From positions 56,276,524-56,340,523 of the forward strand of contig JASCQW010000099.1 in the NCBI GenBank assembly GCA_030264375.1: a stretch of 64,000 nucleotides of DNA, written 5' to 3'. Shown here piece by piece: positions 12,261-25,296 of the stretch. The notes under the pieces were generated by a model. That model was not told where the DNA came from. It was given only the letters and a program-made list of their open reading frames with translations, and did not search any database. The stretch comes from Carcharhinus longimanus. Its lineage: Eukaryota. Position 1 is the first letter of the stretch, and each line of letters starts with the position of its first letter. The translations under genes were made by a program, and so were the position numbers.

Positions 12261-14083
12261 GCAGGNNNNNNNNNNNNNNNNNNNNNNNNNNNNNNNNNNN
12301 NNNNNNNNNNNNNNNNNNNNNNNNNNNNNNNNNNNNNNNNNNNNNNNNNNNNNNNNNNNNNNNNNNNNNGATATTTCAGATTTATCCCTCTCCGAGTCTC
12401 AGGTATTGAATGGATAATCAATATGATGCAAGGTCATGCGTTCATTTAGGGGTGTGACATAAACCAATTATCTTCCATCTTGTCCCAGCATTTTTATTGA
12501 GTATAACCTAATCTCATCAGTGAATTTATTTCCACATCAGTTACATGAACAAAGACATTTCCAATATGAAAATGAAGGCTGTATAAGACACATGTAAGCC
12601 TTGCGTCTTAGGCAGACATTATGTGACCTCATGAGAATTGTTCATCAAGGTCAGTTATTATCCTGATAGTGTTGCACTGGAGTCGGCAGTATGTAGATGT
12701 TATAAATATTTGTCGCAATCAACGTTGCAGTCTTTTTACCCAAATTCACTTTGCGATTGAATTTATTTTGTGACTGAGCTTTTGGTTAAAGTAGAATTCA
12801 TCATCAGGCACCAGTCTTTCATGTCTGCCTGCGGTGTAATTTTGTCTCCCTGTTTAAGGCCAAACGGTACTCCTTTCTTAATTCCCACAATTCCCATTCA
12901 TAATGCTGAATGTNNNNNNNNNNNNNNNNNNNNNNNNNNNNNNNNNNNNNNNNNNNNNNNNNNNNNNNNNNNNNNNNNNNNNNNNNNNNNNNNNNNNNNN
13001 NNNNNNNNNNNNNGAATGTTGGAAGTTACTTCCACTTGGTGACATTTGATATGTCTGCTAGAGAAGCCTGAGTTTGTGCTGTCAGAGATGTGTGCTCATC
13101 CTGATGAACCCATCCACTTACCTGTTCGAATCACAGTTCATAGCTGAACAGCTGCCTACTGGTGCTTCACTGAGTCCTTCTGAGGTCACAGACCACAAAT
13201 CAATATGTGATTAATGGCAAGACTGTGCACATATTGACTTAGGGCTCCTGGAAATGATTGTCCTTTGTGAGATGGATAATGTCGAGGGCTATAATGGTGC
13301 GAAAGCAATGCTCCAGCACATCTCCAGGTCGCTCAGCAGTATTGATGAAGGGAATAAGTTATCATTGACTGCCATGTCAAAACTGACTGGGCCACATCGC
13401 TCCCAAATACCAAGGGAATACAAGACGTGAACTGGGCAGGCTTCCAAGAAAAGCAGGGTCACGAGTGTTTGTCAGTCATCACACGATAATCCTACTGATC
13501 CATTTCCTGTGAGGACAATGCTAAGTTAACTCCCACCTTTGGCTGCATGCTATGGTGTTACAGATCACTGTGTCCTGCTGTCCAATGGCATCTTGGGATT
13601 CACTATCAAGATACAGCCTCTGCATCAATTATGCATGTGAGCTTGTATTTGGAGAGGTGATGCTGCCTGGATGCAGCTGCCTCTTGAGATTGTTAAATGA
13701 AAGCCATTGACAAATGTTTTTTGTCTTAGAGCCTCCTTACTAAGCTGCTGTCATACTGGCATGTGTATCTATGTGTGCAATAGCGTTTCCGCCTCTTGAT
13801 GATGCCATGGCTTGTTGGTGCCGTGATTGAAAGGACTGCATTCTGAGCAGTTGCTCCAGGATGTGCACTTGTGGTGTGCTAGGCGCATTTCACATGGCCC
13901 CGAGGCTACTGCACCTTGCAAGGATTAGCCTACCATTAGGGTTAAAAATGAATTGCTCTTTCTCAGTGATCACTGTGGGATTGTTGATCTTTTGTGACAT
14001 GTTGAAGATGACAATAAAGGTGTTGTGATGTCCCTTGCGTCAAACCATGGAGAGACCTGTGCTCGTAACAATTTGTCTTCACC

Positions 14084-15220
14084 TTACTCCTTCTGGAATC
14101 TTGTAAATATGAGGTTGTCAGAGGTACGTCTTCTCCATCGTGCCTGTACAATGGCTTCCTCATGCTGCTCATTTGAATCCTTGCCCTGTTCAGTTTGGTC
14201 CCCTTCAGTAACCACCTTGTCCAAGGTGTCTAGCTCCTCCATAAACAATCCCCCCCCTTTACAGTGTTAGATTCTGGAGGGCACAGTAAACAGTAAGTAT
14301 GGGGGTTAGCCCTGCTTGGACAGTCCTAACATCTGAAATGCACCTATAAGAGACCGGTAGTATGCTCTATTAAGGATGTTGAGGCTGAATGTGCACATTG
14401 TATCTCTCCTCAGATGCACTCTGTGGATAGTGATTGGTTGTCATTAGCCATGCCTTCAGGGGGTAACTCATATCGAGGAGCCAGCCCTTTAGGGCCAGAG
14501 TTCTGTCAAATATTTCTGGCACTTGGAAGTGACTCAAAATGTACAAGTTATGTGAGCTTCCTTCGTATCTAGTACAAACATATTGGATCTGCTTTCTGTG
14601 ATCACAAATTACCTGGACTTGCAGAGAGTGAAATGCTTTTCTATTAAGGAATCTCACAGGCTGCTGGCAGGGTGCCCCCAAAGTCACATGTGTGCAATTG
14701 ATATTACACTTGTAGAAAGCCTGAGATCATAGCAAATTGCACTGCTCTGGCAGCCTGGCTTACTTCATCCATGCGGAATTGCACATTATGGTGAGCTGTA
14801 TTCAAAAGGGCATCTTTCACCTTCCTTATGCATTTATGTGTTGTCAGTTGTAAGATTCTGCAAAGATCTGGTGGAGCCCTGTAAGGATTTGCAGGCAAAA
14901 AAGCTATGGCAATAACCTTCAGAGTAACCTGTCTTGGATGCACTCTACATTGGTTTCCCATGAAGAATGTGACAAATATGAGCTACCACATCCATAGACA
15001 AGCGAGGGCATCATTTGCTTACCTCCATGTAGGAACTGTGTCTTCCATTGACCCATGATTGTGGCTCCTCCTCATTGGCATCTGGCTCTTCCCGGTGCCC
15101 TGCTGGCTCTTGTTTCTCAGGGCAACCACTTAGTCTGAGCTGTGCCAATTGATGATGAAACCTTCTTCTCAACATTCTAATCAAAGCTATAAAAAAGCCA
15201 GCATTGCCTGCAGCCTGCAT
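14084..15220 (-). pseudogene. Harbinger (HARBI1-like) DDE transposase remnant
   Basis: Across frameshifts: HSSYMEVSK*CPRLSMDVVAHICHIL; ISGFLQV..INCTHVTLGAP; FLNRKAFHSLQVQVICDH; YEGSSHN; WLLDMSYPLKAWLMT; EERYN; IEHTTGLL*VHFRC; acidic tail ending DNLIFTRFQKE* at 14084. The catalytic Asp in IDCTH and in HD is Asn in both cases. Confidence 0.88.
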
Positions 15221-15389
15221 TCTCCAATTTGTATCTGTGAATGGATTCAATAGAGTAATCAGTAGTCCTGCTGAATGGTCATCCTCCAAATACAAGGCAG
15301 GCACACAGGCTCCAGCCTTTGACTTTCCCTTAGTCTGCACATTGCATTCCAAGGCTACCCTCTGCAGGATGATATCACCCTACATGATA

Positions 15390-15699
15390 AGTGTTAAATT
15401 AAAAGCGGAGGAATTTAGAGTAGCTAAGAGTAGTGGGCAAGAAGAGGATTGGGAGAGGTTTAAATGTCAACAAAGATTGACAAAGAAGTTNNNNNNNNNN
15501 NNNNNNNNNNNNNNNNNNNNNNNNNNNNNNNNNNNNNNNNNNNNNNNNNNNNNNNNNNNNNNNNNNNNNNNNNNNNNNNNNNNNNNNNNNTGTGGAACTG
15601 AGCCACGACAGATCAGCCATGATCTTATTGAATGGCGGGGCAGGCTCGAAGGACTAGATGGCCTACTACTGCTCCCATTTCTTATGTTCTTATGTTCTT
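15390..15699 (+). mobile_element. Young CR1 LINE, mostly collapsed in a 100-N gap
   Basis: Open ORF2-like stretch VKLKAEEFRVAKSSGQEEDWERFKCQQRLTKK before the gap; CR1 tail with (ttcttatg)n after it. Confidence 0.8.
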
Positions 15700-18234
15700 A
15701 TAACACATGGCTGAACTTCTTCCTCAGATGTGACTGCATATTCACAACAAGGAATTTAATAGAGATCAAAAGACCAAGTTACAGGAGCCACAGTTAGCTT
15801 TGTGTTGGTTGTCCTCCAGTGGCCTTGACAATAACTATGGATGACCAACCCTTGCACTTATGACTGCAAGCATAGTGCCTTGAATGCCATGACCAATGCA
15901 CTGGGAACATGAAGGCTTGTAAGGTCCCTGATGCCTCTGTGCAGTGGTTTGATGTTTGGATCCTACGTTCATTCTGAAATGTCTCAGTAAGGGTCAGGTG
16001 CAAATTAACACCATAGGCAATCAAACGTAATGGATTATTGTACGAATATGCACCACACTCTTTCACTGTGCATTAGATGCTCAAGTCCTCCACGCAGTTG
16101 AGCCGTACTCTCCATGGTTTGAGCAGGATAGTTAGAGGGAATTTTGCAATCAGACCAATTTGCTGTCTTGAACTCCTCCACGTGAGACCTCTTCCTGACT
16201 GATTTTCTTTCTAGCTTGTTTTCCAAATGGCATAATTGCAAGGTGTGATGGGAAATAGTGCTGCTGACCATCATCTTGGTGACTAGTTTCCAACCTCCCC
16301 TGTCACCCACCAAGCGCCTCTCCTCTTCCTCCATCCACCTCCTCATTCTTCTTATCACTACCTAACTTCCTCCTGTTACCCTTAAACCCATCACTATCCA
16401 TTTAGATATTCCTGTTCTCCTCCCTGAACCTTTAATATTGATATTCCCAAGCCCTTTGTCAACCTGACCTTCCCCTTCTCATGCAACCTGAGTTTCTGAG
16501 ATTATATCCCATGAGACCATCCTTAACCCCTCTCCAGCTACTGACTTGCACGATACAGATGACTACGCTGACCATGACTGTGCCATTTGCCCCACAGTAC
16601 CATAACCCTAACTGGAAGATCAAAATTCTTGGGAGACTGACCACACCCTGTACATCAAACTATACATGACTGTCACTGCAGGGAGAGGCAATGCCCCCTT
16701 CACAAGACCAGGACCAAGACTTACGTGCCATGCAGAGCCTTCTAACATGGCCCATATAGCCCTAGGACAATCTCTAAAATCTGCCTAATAGCATGGTCTC
16801 AGTCCCAGTACAGTCTCAGGCTGGGACTTGCCACTCCCATCTGCATCAGGTGGGTTTGACAACAGGAGTGGAGAATATTACAAGAAGTGCAAAGTCACCT
16901 CTTAGGCATGGAAGCATGATAGTTGTTTACTCCTCTATCAGTGTTTCCTAACAATGTCATGAACATCATTATAATAAATTAACGTATCAAAGCTATACCT
17001 TCCAGAGGAGCTCAAGGATTGCAACATCGGTGGGGAGAAGGTCATGTCCAGGTAGTGTCTGGGCACCCCCTTGGCACTGGTAGGCTTCAAGCTGGCACTA
17101 CCCAGGCACCACTCAGGTAGTGGCCTGATAGTGCCAGATCGATGCCTGGGTAATATGCAGACAGTGTCAAGAGGGTATCCAGATAGTGCTGGTGATTAGC
17201 TGGGGGTGGTGTATCTGGATGTACTGGTTTGCCCACTGTATGCTGGGGTGGCCTTTAAAAATGGCAGCCCAGATCAGTGCCTATGTTGCTGGTGGGACAG
17301 ACAAATTAGAGGCCACCCTGCCAGCCATACATTGTGGAATCCACAAATTGAACTTTCTTTCTCAATAGTGGAGAAAGCCAGTGTCAGCAGCTTACATGAC
17401 ACTTTTCCTGCCTGACATCAGCCTTTGTCAATGCCGGGGAAAATCCCAGCCTCAGACTCTTGCTCGGACAGTCTTTCAGTACACTGTTCTGTTCCTTGAC
17501 CACATCCTAGACTTGGCTCCATCTCCCTCCTACGCTCCCGTGTTCAACAATCCCTCCCCCAGTTCTGCTGCTGTTTCTCCTTCCTTGCCTGCACTCCAAA
17601 CCAAACCCCAGTCCAACCCCTATCATCCCCCCGTGTTCCACGAATGCCTCCCCCTTGTCCTGCATGTCATCCCCTCCCCGTTTATATTGTCATCCATGTC
17701 CAGCATCGATGCAGCTTGTAATACAGGCAATCATCCTTAAGAGGAGCACGCTTAAAGTTGACAAAAGTAAAGTCTGTGTAACTCAAAGTCATTTGTTGAG
17801 CAAAGGTTGCCAGGTGTGTGCATGCCACTTTATATACAGTTAGGAATCAGACTGTTCTAATTATACGCTGGCAGGGTATCTCATTTGAAAGAGGAATGCA
17901 ATTCTGGTGAGTTGGCCTTTTAATGAGCATCCATGAATGCAAATGAATGCAAATGTTGTTCCCAACATAGCACAGCAGAAAATTTGACCACTATCAACAT
18001 CTGGAGAACAAAACTGCAATCTAATTTCCTCTTGAAGGGAAACTGACTTTTTCCATCACGCCCAATTTAGTGCCCCACCACCATGATTCCCGCCACTGGC
18101 ATGAACGGAAAATTGTGTCCAATGGAAGTGGACTGAAGGGAAATAATATAGTATGCGTAGACTTGTTTTGTAAACGTACGAAGGAGAGATACAAGTTCAT
18201 CCATTTGACCTCTCAAAATACACCTCTGTAAACT

Positions 18235-18530
18235 TAACTTAATTCAACATTCTGCTGTTCATAACTTACACCAAGTCTCATTTACCCAAAGCCCAATGCT
18301 TGCTGACCTGCAGTGACTCTTTGTCTGGCAATCTTCTCAACCTTATTTTCCAATTTCTCCATGGCTTCAGCGGTCTCTATCTCTGTACCCACACTCCTAC
18401 AACTTATGAGACTTCTGTGCCACTCCCATTCAGTCTTCTTGCATATCTCTGATTTTTTTGCTCCAGCATTGATATCTGTGCTTGTAGCTGCCTAGGCCTT
18501 AAGCTCTTGAACTCCCCTCCCTTACTGCCT
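18235..18530 (+). mobile_element. L2-like LINE 3' fragment
   Basis: Similar to 23990-24240 and 42450-42590 (…agctgcctaggccttaagctcttgaactccc). Confidence 0.55.
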
Positions 18531-18569
18531 CTTCATCTTGTCTATTTTCAGGTGAGGAGGAGGTCAGGA

Positions 18570-18990
18570 TGCCAGATATATTTATAGCAGAGGAATCAAG
18601 GACAGAAAATCACTAAAATTAACATAAGAAAATAAGAGTAACAAAGAAAATGGTGGCACTGAAGAGTGATCAAAGGGAGTCAGCATAGATTTGTAAGACG
18701 TAGGTCATGCCTGAAAAACCCGATTAAAGAGGTGACTAATGTAAGGTGAAGGGAAGATTCTATGGGTGTTATTTATGTACTTTCAGAGGCACTTGATAAC
18801 TTTTTTTTATAGAAGACGGTTAGCTAAAGTTGAAGCTCATGAAACTGAAAGGAAATGATTGACCTTGTTAGGAAATTTGCAGAGCGAGAGTAGACAGAGA
18901 GTTGGGCTAATGGACCTATTCTCTAATTAGCAGGCTGTGACTAGTGGCATCCTGTAAGAATCTGTGCTGGAGCTTCAACTATTCACTGTA
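18570..18990 (+). mobile_element. Decayed CR1 RT fragment
   Basis: gggagtcagcatagatttgtaag (SQHGF-like), atgtactttcagaggcacttgataa (MDFQKAFDK-like), agtggcatcctgtaagaatctgtgctgg (SGVPQGSVLG-like). Confidence 0.65.
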
Positions 18991-18999
18991 TTTAGATAG

Positions 19000-19285
19000 T
19001 GACTTTCAAGACTACAGGATCTCCCAAAGTATATTATCACCAATGAGGCACTTTTAAGTGTAGTCATTTTCCTGTAGAAAATGCAGGAGCCTGTTTACAC
19101 TCAGCAAGCTCTCAGCAATAAACAGCAGTGTGGTAATGATCAGATAATCTGTTTTTGTGATGTGGATTGTGGGATAAATATTGGCCAGGGCACTGAGTAT
19201 AACTCCCTTGCTCTGCTTCAAAATAGTGTCATGGGATCTATTATTTTCACTTGAGAGGGCAGACAGAGCCAGATTGTTAATGGGT
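19000..19285 (-). mobile_element. DeuSINE (SacSINE1/AmnSINE1-related) copy
   Basis: cccaaagt...ccaatgaggcacttttaagtgtagtc...cagataatctgtttttgtgatgt...gggataaatattggccaggg...cttcaaaatagtgtcatgggatc; collinear with 36795-37065. Family name from memory. Confidence 0.65.
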
Positions 19286-19693
19286 TTATGCTGGATATGA
19301 AACAAGATTAGGATAATCCTTTAACACGCCAGAGGGAAAATTGCTCTCTGCAGCATGTGTAATAAAATAATAGGCCTCTTTAGGACAAATACCTTCATAA
19401 TTTTGTTGCACATTGTACACAATTGTACTTATACTGTAGGATTTGAATGGTATTATTACTAGAGACTCATATTTTCTTATAGAGAGATACAGCAATTTAT
19501 ACGACACTAGAAGAATATTTTGAGTTGTCTTCTCTCAGTTCAGATTATATTACTATCCACTTGTGGCGATTAAGACTGCTCTGTAAATTATTCTAACTCC
19601 TGTTGTCGACAGAACAAGCGTGTGAAAAAATTATTTTCTCTATTTGTTATTTGTTAAATGTTCCCTTTTTTCTTCCAAGTGCAGGCTCTGGTG

Positions 19694-19933
19694 GGGTGGC
19701 ACGGTAGCACAGTGGTTAGCACTGTTGCCTCACAGTACCAAGGACCCAGGTTTGATTCCCGGCTTGGGTCACTGTCTGTGTGGAGTTTGCACATTTTCCC
19801 TGTGTCTGCATGAGTTTCCACCGGGTGCTCCGGTTTCCTTCCACAGTCCAAAGAAGTGCAGGTTAGGTGGATTGGCCATGCCAAAATTGCCCCTTAGTGT
19901 CAGGGGTACTAGCTGGGGTAAATGCATAGGGTT
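19694..19933 (+). mobile_element. HE1-type SINE running into a gap
   Basis: Near-consensus head gggtggcacggtagcacagtggttagcactgttgcctcacag and V-domain core. Confidence 0.9.
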
Positions 19934-20719
19934 NNNNNNNNNNNNNNNNNNNNNNNNNNNNNNNNNNNNNNNNNNNNNNNNNNNNNNNNNNNNNNNNNNN
20001 NNNNNNNNNNNNNNNNNNNNNNNNNNNNNNNNNNNNNNNNNNNNNNNNNNNNNNNNNNNNNNNNNNNNNNNNNNNNNNNNNNNNNNNNNNNNNNNNNNNN
20101 NNNNNNNNNNNNNNNNNNNNNNNNNNNNNNNNNNNNNNNNNNNNNNNNNNNNNNNNNNNNNNNNNNNNNNNNNNNNNNNNNNNNNNNNNNNNNNNNNNNN
20201 NNNNNNNNNNNNNNNNNNNNNNNNNNNNNNNNNNNNNNNNNNNNNNNNNNNNNNNNNNNNNNNNNNNNNNNNNNNNNNNNNNNNNNNNNNNNNNNNNNAG
20301 AAGATGAAGCCACCCCCCACATGCACATGGAGATGTCTCCACATGCACACAGACACCCCCCTTCCCCCCACCCCATGGGCCCCCCCATGAGCCTCTACCC
20401 TCCACGGGTCACCCTCTCCCATGGTCATGGGAACCGGGTCCTACATGGTCGCGGGAAACCCTTCCTCCATTGACTTCCCCAATGGGTGCCTCCCAGCACT
20501 ACCCCTTGGCACTGCCTTCTGACATCATGGCATGGCCCCATAGGGAAATTCCCTATGTGAGGGGATGATACAATGACGAGGCTCACTAAGTGCATACTAA
20601 TGTATGGTAATAGGGCTCCCAATCTTTCATGGCGGGAAATCCATTTCGTCATTGTCAAAGAGAGGGCATGAAAAGTATTGGCAAGTGAAATTGTGAAACA
20701 CCCATTGATATTTTTAAAT

Positions 20720-22250
20720 AAATAAAGAACAAGAGGAACAACAAAGGAAAGTGTAGGGTCAGTTATAAACCAGAAAGGCAGGTTGTTCGTGTAGGCAAAG
20801 ATGCATTTTTAATGGATGCTTTTGCAGCTGTTTACGAAAAGGAGAGGGATGAAGCAGATGGTTAAGGAGGAGGGGTTTGAAATGTTGGATGGGACAAACA
20901 CAGTGAAGGAGAAAATATTAAGGTGTTCAGCCTCCTTCAAAATAGATTAATCACCAAGCCTGGATAAAATATGTCCCAGCTGCTAAGGCAAGCGAGGGAA
21001 GAAATAGTAGAAGCTCTGACCATCATTTTCCAATCCTTTCTGGTTATAGGTATGTTATTGAAGGGCTGCTAATGTTGTACCATTGTTTAAAGAGGGAGGA
21101 AAAGATAGTCAAGTAATTACAGACAGGTCAGCTTAACCTTGGTGATGGGTAAATTACTGGGAACGGTTTAAGTAATCAACTAAAGATGACTTATTAATGT
21201 TGGACAGCCAGCATGGATTTGCTAAGGGAAGGTCATGACTTGATTGAATATTTTGAGGAGGCAACAAGGATTGATGAGAGTCGTGCATTTGTCGTGGCCT
21301 ACATGGACTTTAGTAAAGCTTTTGACGAGATCCCAGATAACACTGCTCAGAAAATTTAAAGCTCATGGGATCCAAGGGAAAGTGGTAAGTTGGATCCAAA
21401 CTTGGCTCAGTGGCAGGAAACAAATGGTTTATAGTCAATGGGTTCTGACTGCTAGGCAGTTTCCAGTCAGAGTCTGCATTACTCATTGTTGGGTCATTTG
21501 CTGTTTGTTGCATATTTCAGTGATTTGGACTTAAAATGGAGGGCATGATTAAGAAGTTTGCAAGTGAAGTAATTGCTGTGTGGTTGATAGTGAGAAAGAA
21601 AACTGTAGACTGCAGAAAAATATCAATGAACTCGTCAGCTGGACAGAAAAGTACCAAATAGAAATCAATGTAGAAAAGTGTGAAGTAATAGATTTGAAGA
21701 GGGCAAGCAAGGCTAAGGAAATGGACAAAAAAATTCTAAGATACTGAGATATGTAGGTGAACTGAGAGATCTTGGGGATGTATAATCACAGATCCTTGAA
21801 GATAATAGGATAGGTAGAGAAGGTGGTGAAGAAGGCATAGAGGATGCTTTCCTTCATTGACCAAGGCCTGAGGTATAAGATTGATAAGGGAATGCTAGAA
21901 CTGTGTAAAATACTAATCAGAGTGCAGCTAGAGTACTCTGTTCAGTGCTGGCCACCACGTTACAGATTGTACTCCAGGAGTGGAGCATTTTAGCCATGGG
22001 GAAAGATTGGGTGGGTTATTGATGTTTTCTTTGGAATGGAGGATAACAGGATATTTAATTGAAGTGTATAAAAATGAGGTACCTAGATAGTGTGGATAGG
22101 AATGAATTTATTTCCACTTGATTGGATTTAAAAACTAGGGGACGTAGATTAAAGTGATTGGTAGAATGATTAGAGAGGAGCTGACGAGCAATCTTTATAC
22201 CGAAAACTCACTGCTGAAACGCTGGTAGAGGATGGCAGAAACACTCATCA
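20720..22250 (+). mobile_element. Decayed CR1 LINE ORF2 (RT to 3' end)
   Basis: Motif remnants ANVVPLFK, DSQHGFAKGRS, YMDFSKAFD and IKKFA, with many stops and frameshifts. Confidence 0.85.
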
Positions 22251-22257
22251 TTAAAAA

Positions 22258-22340
22258 GAACTCACCTGATGAAGGAGTAATGCTCTGAAAACTCATGATT
22301 TTGGACTTTAACCTGGTGTTGTGAGACTTCTTCCTGTGCC
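22258..22340 (+). mobile_element. Penelope-like element terminal fragment with a decayed minimal hammerhead motif
   Basis: tcac-CTGATGA-aggagtaatgctct-GAAA-actc-atga, followed by ttggactttaacctggtgttgtgagacttctt, which I recall as a shark Penelope-type terminus. Confidence 0.6.
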
Positions 22341-23520
22341 CATTAAAAAGAACATTGGAGATGTGCTTGCCTACAGGTCAACAAACCAAGGTGGTATAAG
22401 ATTGAATAGCTCTTTTCTTTCCTTAAAGTGGTCACCATGGCCTGCATTTGTGGGCTGGCAAGGCACAAACCCAATAGACCTGCTGCCATTTGATGCTGAA
22501 ATGAGCATTGATTGGCAATAGGCGAGACAGACTTCCATCCGCACTTGGAAGGAAATCCTGCCTTGGAGTGCTGTCAGCCAATCAGATTGGCCGACAGCTG
22601 TCCAGCCCATCCAGGCACATTGCTTTAGTGGCTGGAAGAGGCACTGCAGCACCATGCCTGGAATTAATTGCAGGGAGCCATGGAGTGGAGGGAATATGCT
22701 GGGAGTGGGGGCGGGGGGAAAATTTGCAAGAAGGGGACAAATGGATTATCGGGGCATGCTAGTGGATAGGGTGATGAAGGGAGGTCGGGTGACATCTGGT
22801 TCATGAGGCGAGAGTGTCCTCCCAGTCATAAGGGGTCTTCCGATGGAGATGCCTCCCCAACTTGCTGCCCCAAGATCGAGGTTCTTAACTTTTTCATTTT
22901 CCCAGCTTGCCTGAGATATCCAGCCTAAAAATTGTGCCGTGTGGGACAATGTCATTAGGAATAAGGATGGCTTCCTGCCTGAGATCCTGCCTGCCCCACT
23001 GTAAAATTGTGTCCGGATCAGGGAGGCCAGGTTGCTGTCTATGCAATTCCACGCTCTCCTGCCCATGGGTAGAATGGCTTCATCTTGTACCATTTATATT
23101 TCTATGTTTCTATGATTACTGATTACAGTTTTGTTTGACTGTGAGCACTGATGAAGGAGAGAAAATTGGCAATTTAACAGAGGCAGATTTTTTCTGTTTT
23201 TATTTATCCGTTTCTGCATACATTATCACTAAGACTTGAGATGTATGCAGATGTACACTTGAGTGTGAAAATTACTTTTTATAAAGGACAGAGATGGCTT
23301 AATTCAATCCCAAAGCAGATGGTGAAATTCCTTCAAAAATGAATTATTGCCCCATTGTTGGGAAAATGTTCACTGGGATCTACTGCTAGATACTTGGCCC
23401 ATAACCCCATTAAGAATCAGGGTCCTGTGATATCGGGACACCCCAATTGTAATTTTTGTATCTTATGATCTGCATCAACCATTGTTTTCAGATCTTTACA
23501 AATTCCACTGAGCCACTGAA

Positions 23521-23735
23521 GCTGAGTTTGCACTTTGTGTCTGCTTGCATTTGATCTGGGTGCTCTGGTTTCCTCCCACAGTCTAAACATATGCAGGTTA
23601 GGTGGATTGACCTTGGTGTTGGGGGATTAGCAGAGTAAATGTGTGGTGTTGCAGGAATAGAGCCGGGGTGGGATTGTGTTTGAAATAGACTCAATGGGCT
23701 GAATGACCTCCTTCTGACTGTAGGGATTTTATGAA
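23521..23735 (+). mobile_element. HE1-type SINE, 5'-truncated
   Basis: ggtgctctggtttcctcccacagtctaaacatatgcaggttaggtggattg...agactcaatgggctgaatgacctccttctgactgtagggatt. Confidence 0.82.
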
Positions 23736-23754
23736 TTTTCTCTCTCTCTCTGGC

Positions 23755-24240
23755 AAATGTGTGAGGCTGAACCTGTCAATGATCATGGTGTCATATTTGA
23801 TCCTGACCATATTGCCACACCATCAGTAAGATTGTTTGTTTCCATCTCAGTAACCTCACCTGACTTCATGCTACCCTTGTTCCATTGGCTGCTGAACTGT
23901 CATCCTTGCCTTTGACTATCCTAATGCACTCCTGGCTGGACTCCCTCATTCTACCCCTGTAAGGTTGACATCATCTAGAACTTAGCTGTTAGTGTTCTAC
24001 TCTTTCCAAATCCTGTTTCCCCTGTACTGACCTACAGAGATTCCTGGCCAGTCTCGACTTTAAAAGTTCTCACCCTTGTTTTCAAGTTTCTCCGTGGTCC
24101 TACCCCCATCTCCAGATCATTGTAATCTCCTCCAGTCTACAACCCTCCAAAATATCTTCACTCGTTTGCCTCTTGAGAGATTTCAGCTGCTTCATCATTG
24201 GTAACCACGTCTTCAGTTGCTTAGATCTTAAGCTCTGGCA
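23755..24240 (+). mobile_element. L2-like LINE ORF2 C-terminal remnant
   Basis: Remnant motifs GVIFD, FHLSNL, DYPNALLAGLP and VLTLVFK. Confidence 0.7.
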
Positions 24241-24611
24241 GTACCAAGGGTCTGCACGTGTACAATAGTTCGCTCTGCTGCTGGAGTAAGGTGACTTGTG
24301 CTTTAAGTCCTGCCCACTGCCTCTAGTGGCTAGATACAGTCAAGCCCATATTTTCATTGTCTAAATGCATAAAATTCGGAGTAAAGGCTCCCTCAAAAAA
24401 CGGATCTGAAACTCCCATATTCATGCTAGCTGGACATTTAGAATTTTTCTCATAAAATTGCCCTCACTATATATACATATATATAAGGTTGTTGTTGTTA
24501 TGTACATGTGACAGAAATAGTATTGCTGAGAGTCAATACTGAAACAGAAGTATAAAATATGTATGTTGGGCACAGTGATTTCTCTGGTAAATACCACATT
24601 TCTGTGGTAAG

Positions 24612-24790
24612 TGGATTGGTTAACTCAGTTGGCTAGACAGTTATGTGTGGTTCAGAATAATGCCAACAGCACGATGTTTTATACCTGTTGTGGCTGAAGT
24701 AGACTTGAGGCTTGCCTCCTTATCCTGCCCTGCCCCTTGGTAAAAATCACAACATCAGCCCAAGGTTTGGCAACCTTTGGGGTGTTATGT
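24612..24790 (+). mobile_element. Decayed tRNA-derived SINE (non-HE1 family)
   Basis: A-box-like ttaactcagttggctagacag followed by gccaacagcacgatgttttatacctg (decayed B box). Confidence 0.5.
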
Positions 24791-25296
24791 GGAAAAGGAG
24801 ATGATTTGTGGTGAATGCAGAGATGTGAAGCAGCTAAATAGTATGGACCTTTGTAAATGACAACAGTTTTTATAGATGAGTTTCTTGTTTGGCTTACTGT
24901 GAGTTATCTGCCAAATACCTTAGGGAAAGTCCTTTTTTTGGATGAAGTGATATCACACTTAACATTCACAGCAGAAAGCTGTCTCATATGATAGACTTAA
25001 GGTTCAAAGAGATTTCCTAGTGGCAGCCAGATCAGTCAGGACTTCTACATGGCAGATGTTATACAAAAATGTACTGGAAATCTTACCAAAGGATATCGCT
25101 TGAAGTACGTAGAAATTTTGCGGTTGTGTTAATCAGCAGGACTATCACTTAATTATGATGCACAACTATCAGTGGAAGTTCAAACAATATAAAATCTAAG
25201 CCAATCAAAGCATTTAATTTTAGACACATCACTTCTCCATTGTTAATACAAACTTCCAAGAACCTACAGTGGTGGAACATCTATTATATACATTCT

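Larger units (their letters stand above)
10377..18120. mobile_element. Decayed PIF/Harbinger DNA transposon (two convergent genes) with nested insertions; right end tentative
   Basis: Left end GGATGGAATTTCCCATTC at 10377 matches the reverse complement of 18103-18120 (GGACACAATTTTCCGTTC) at 13/18; both ends are flanked by AAT (possible 3-bp TSD). Contains Myb/SANT and DDE transposase remnants. Confidence 0.55.

Noticed and set aside
14084-15352. A functional or domesticated HARBI1-like gene nested in the intron
   Set aside because: Multiple stops and frameshifts, and two catalytic Asp residues changed to Asn.
15720-16800. Possible further decayed transposase or LINE coding sequence
   Set aside because: Only vague motif echoes; I cannot support a call by eye.
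19694-19765. tRNA gene (A/B-box-like sequence), also at the other HE1 heads
   Set aside because: Continues into the V-SINE core; it is a SINE head, not a tRNA.
23145-23170. CTGATGA...GAAA hammerhead-like spacing
   Set aside because: No helix II pairing, no helix III palindrome and no PLE context; chance match. The same applies to CTGATGA at 33785.
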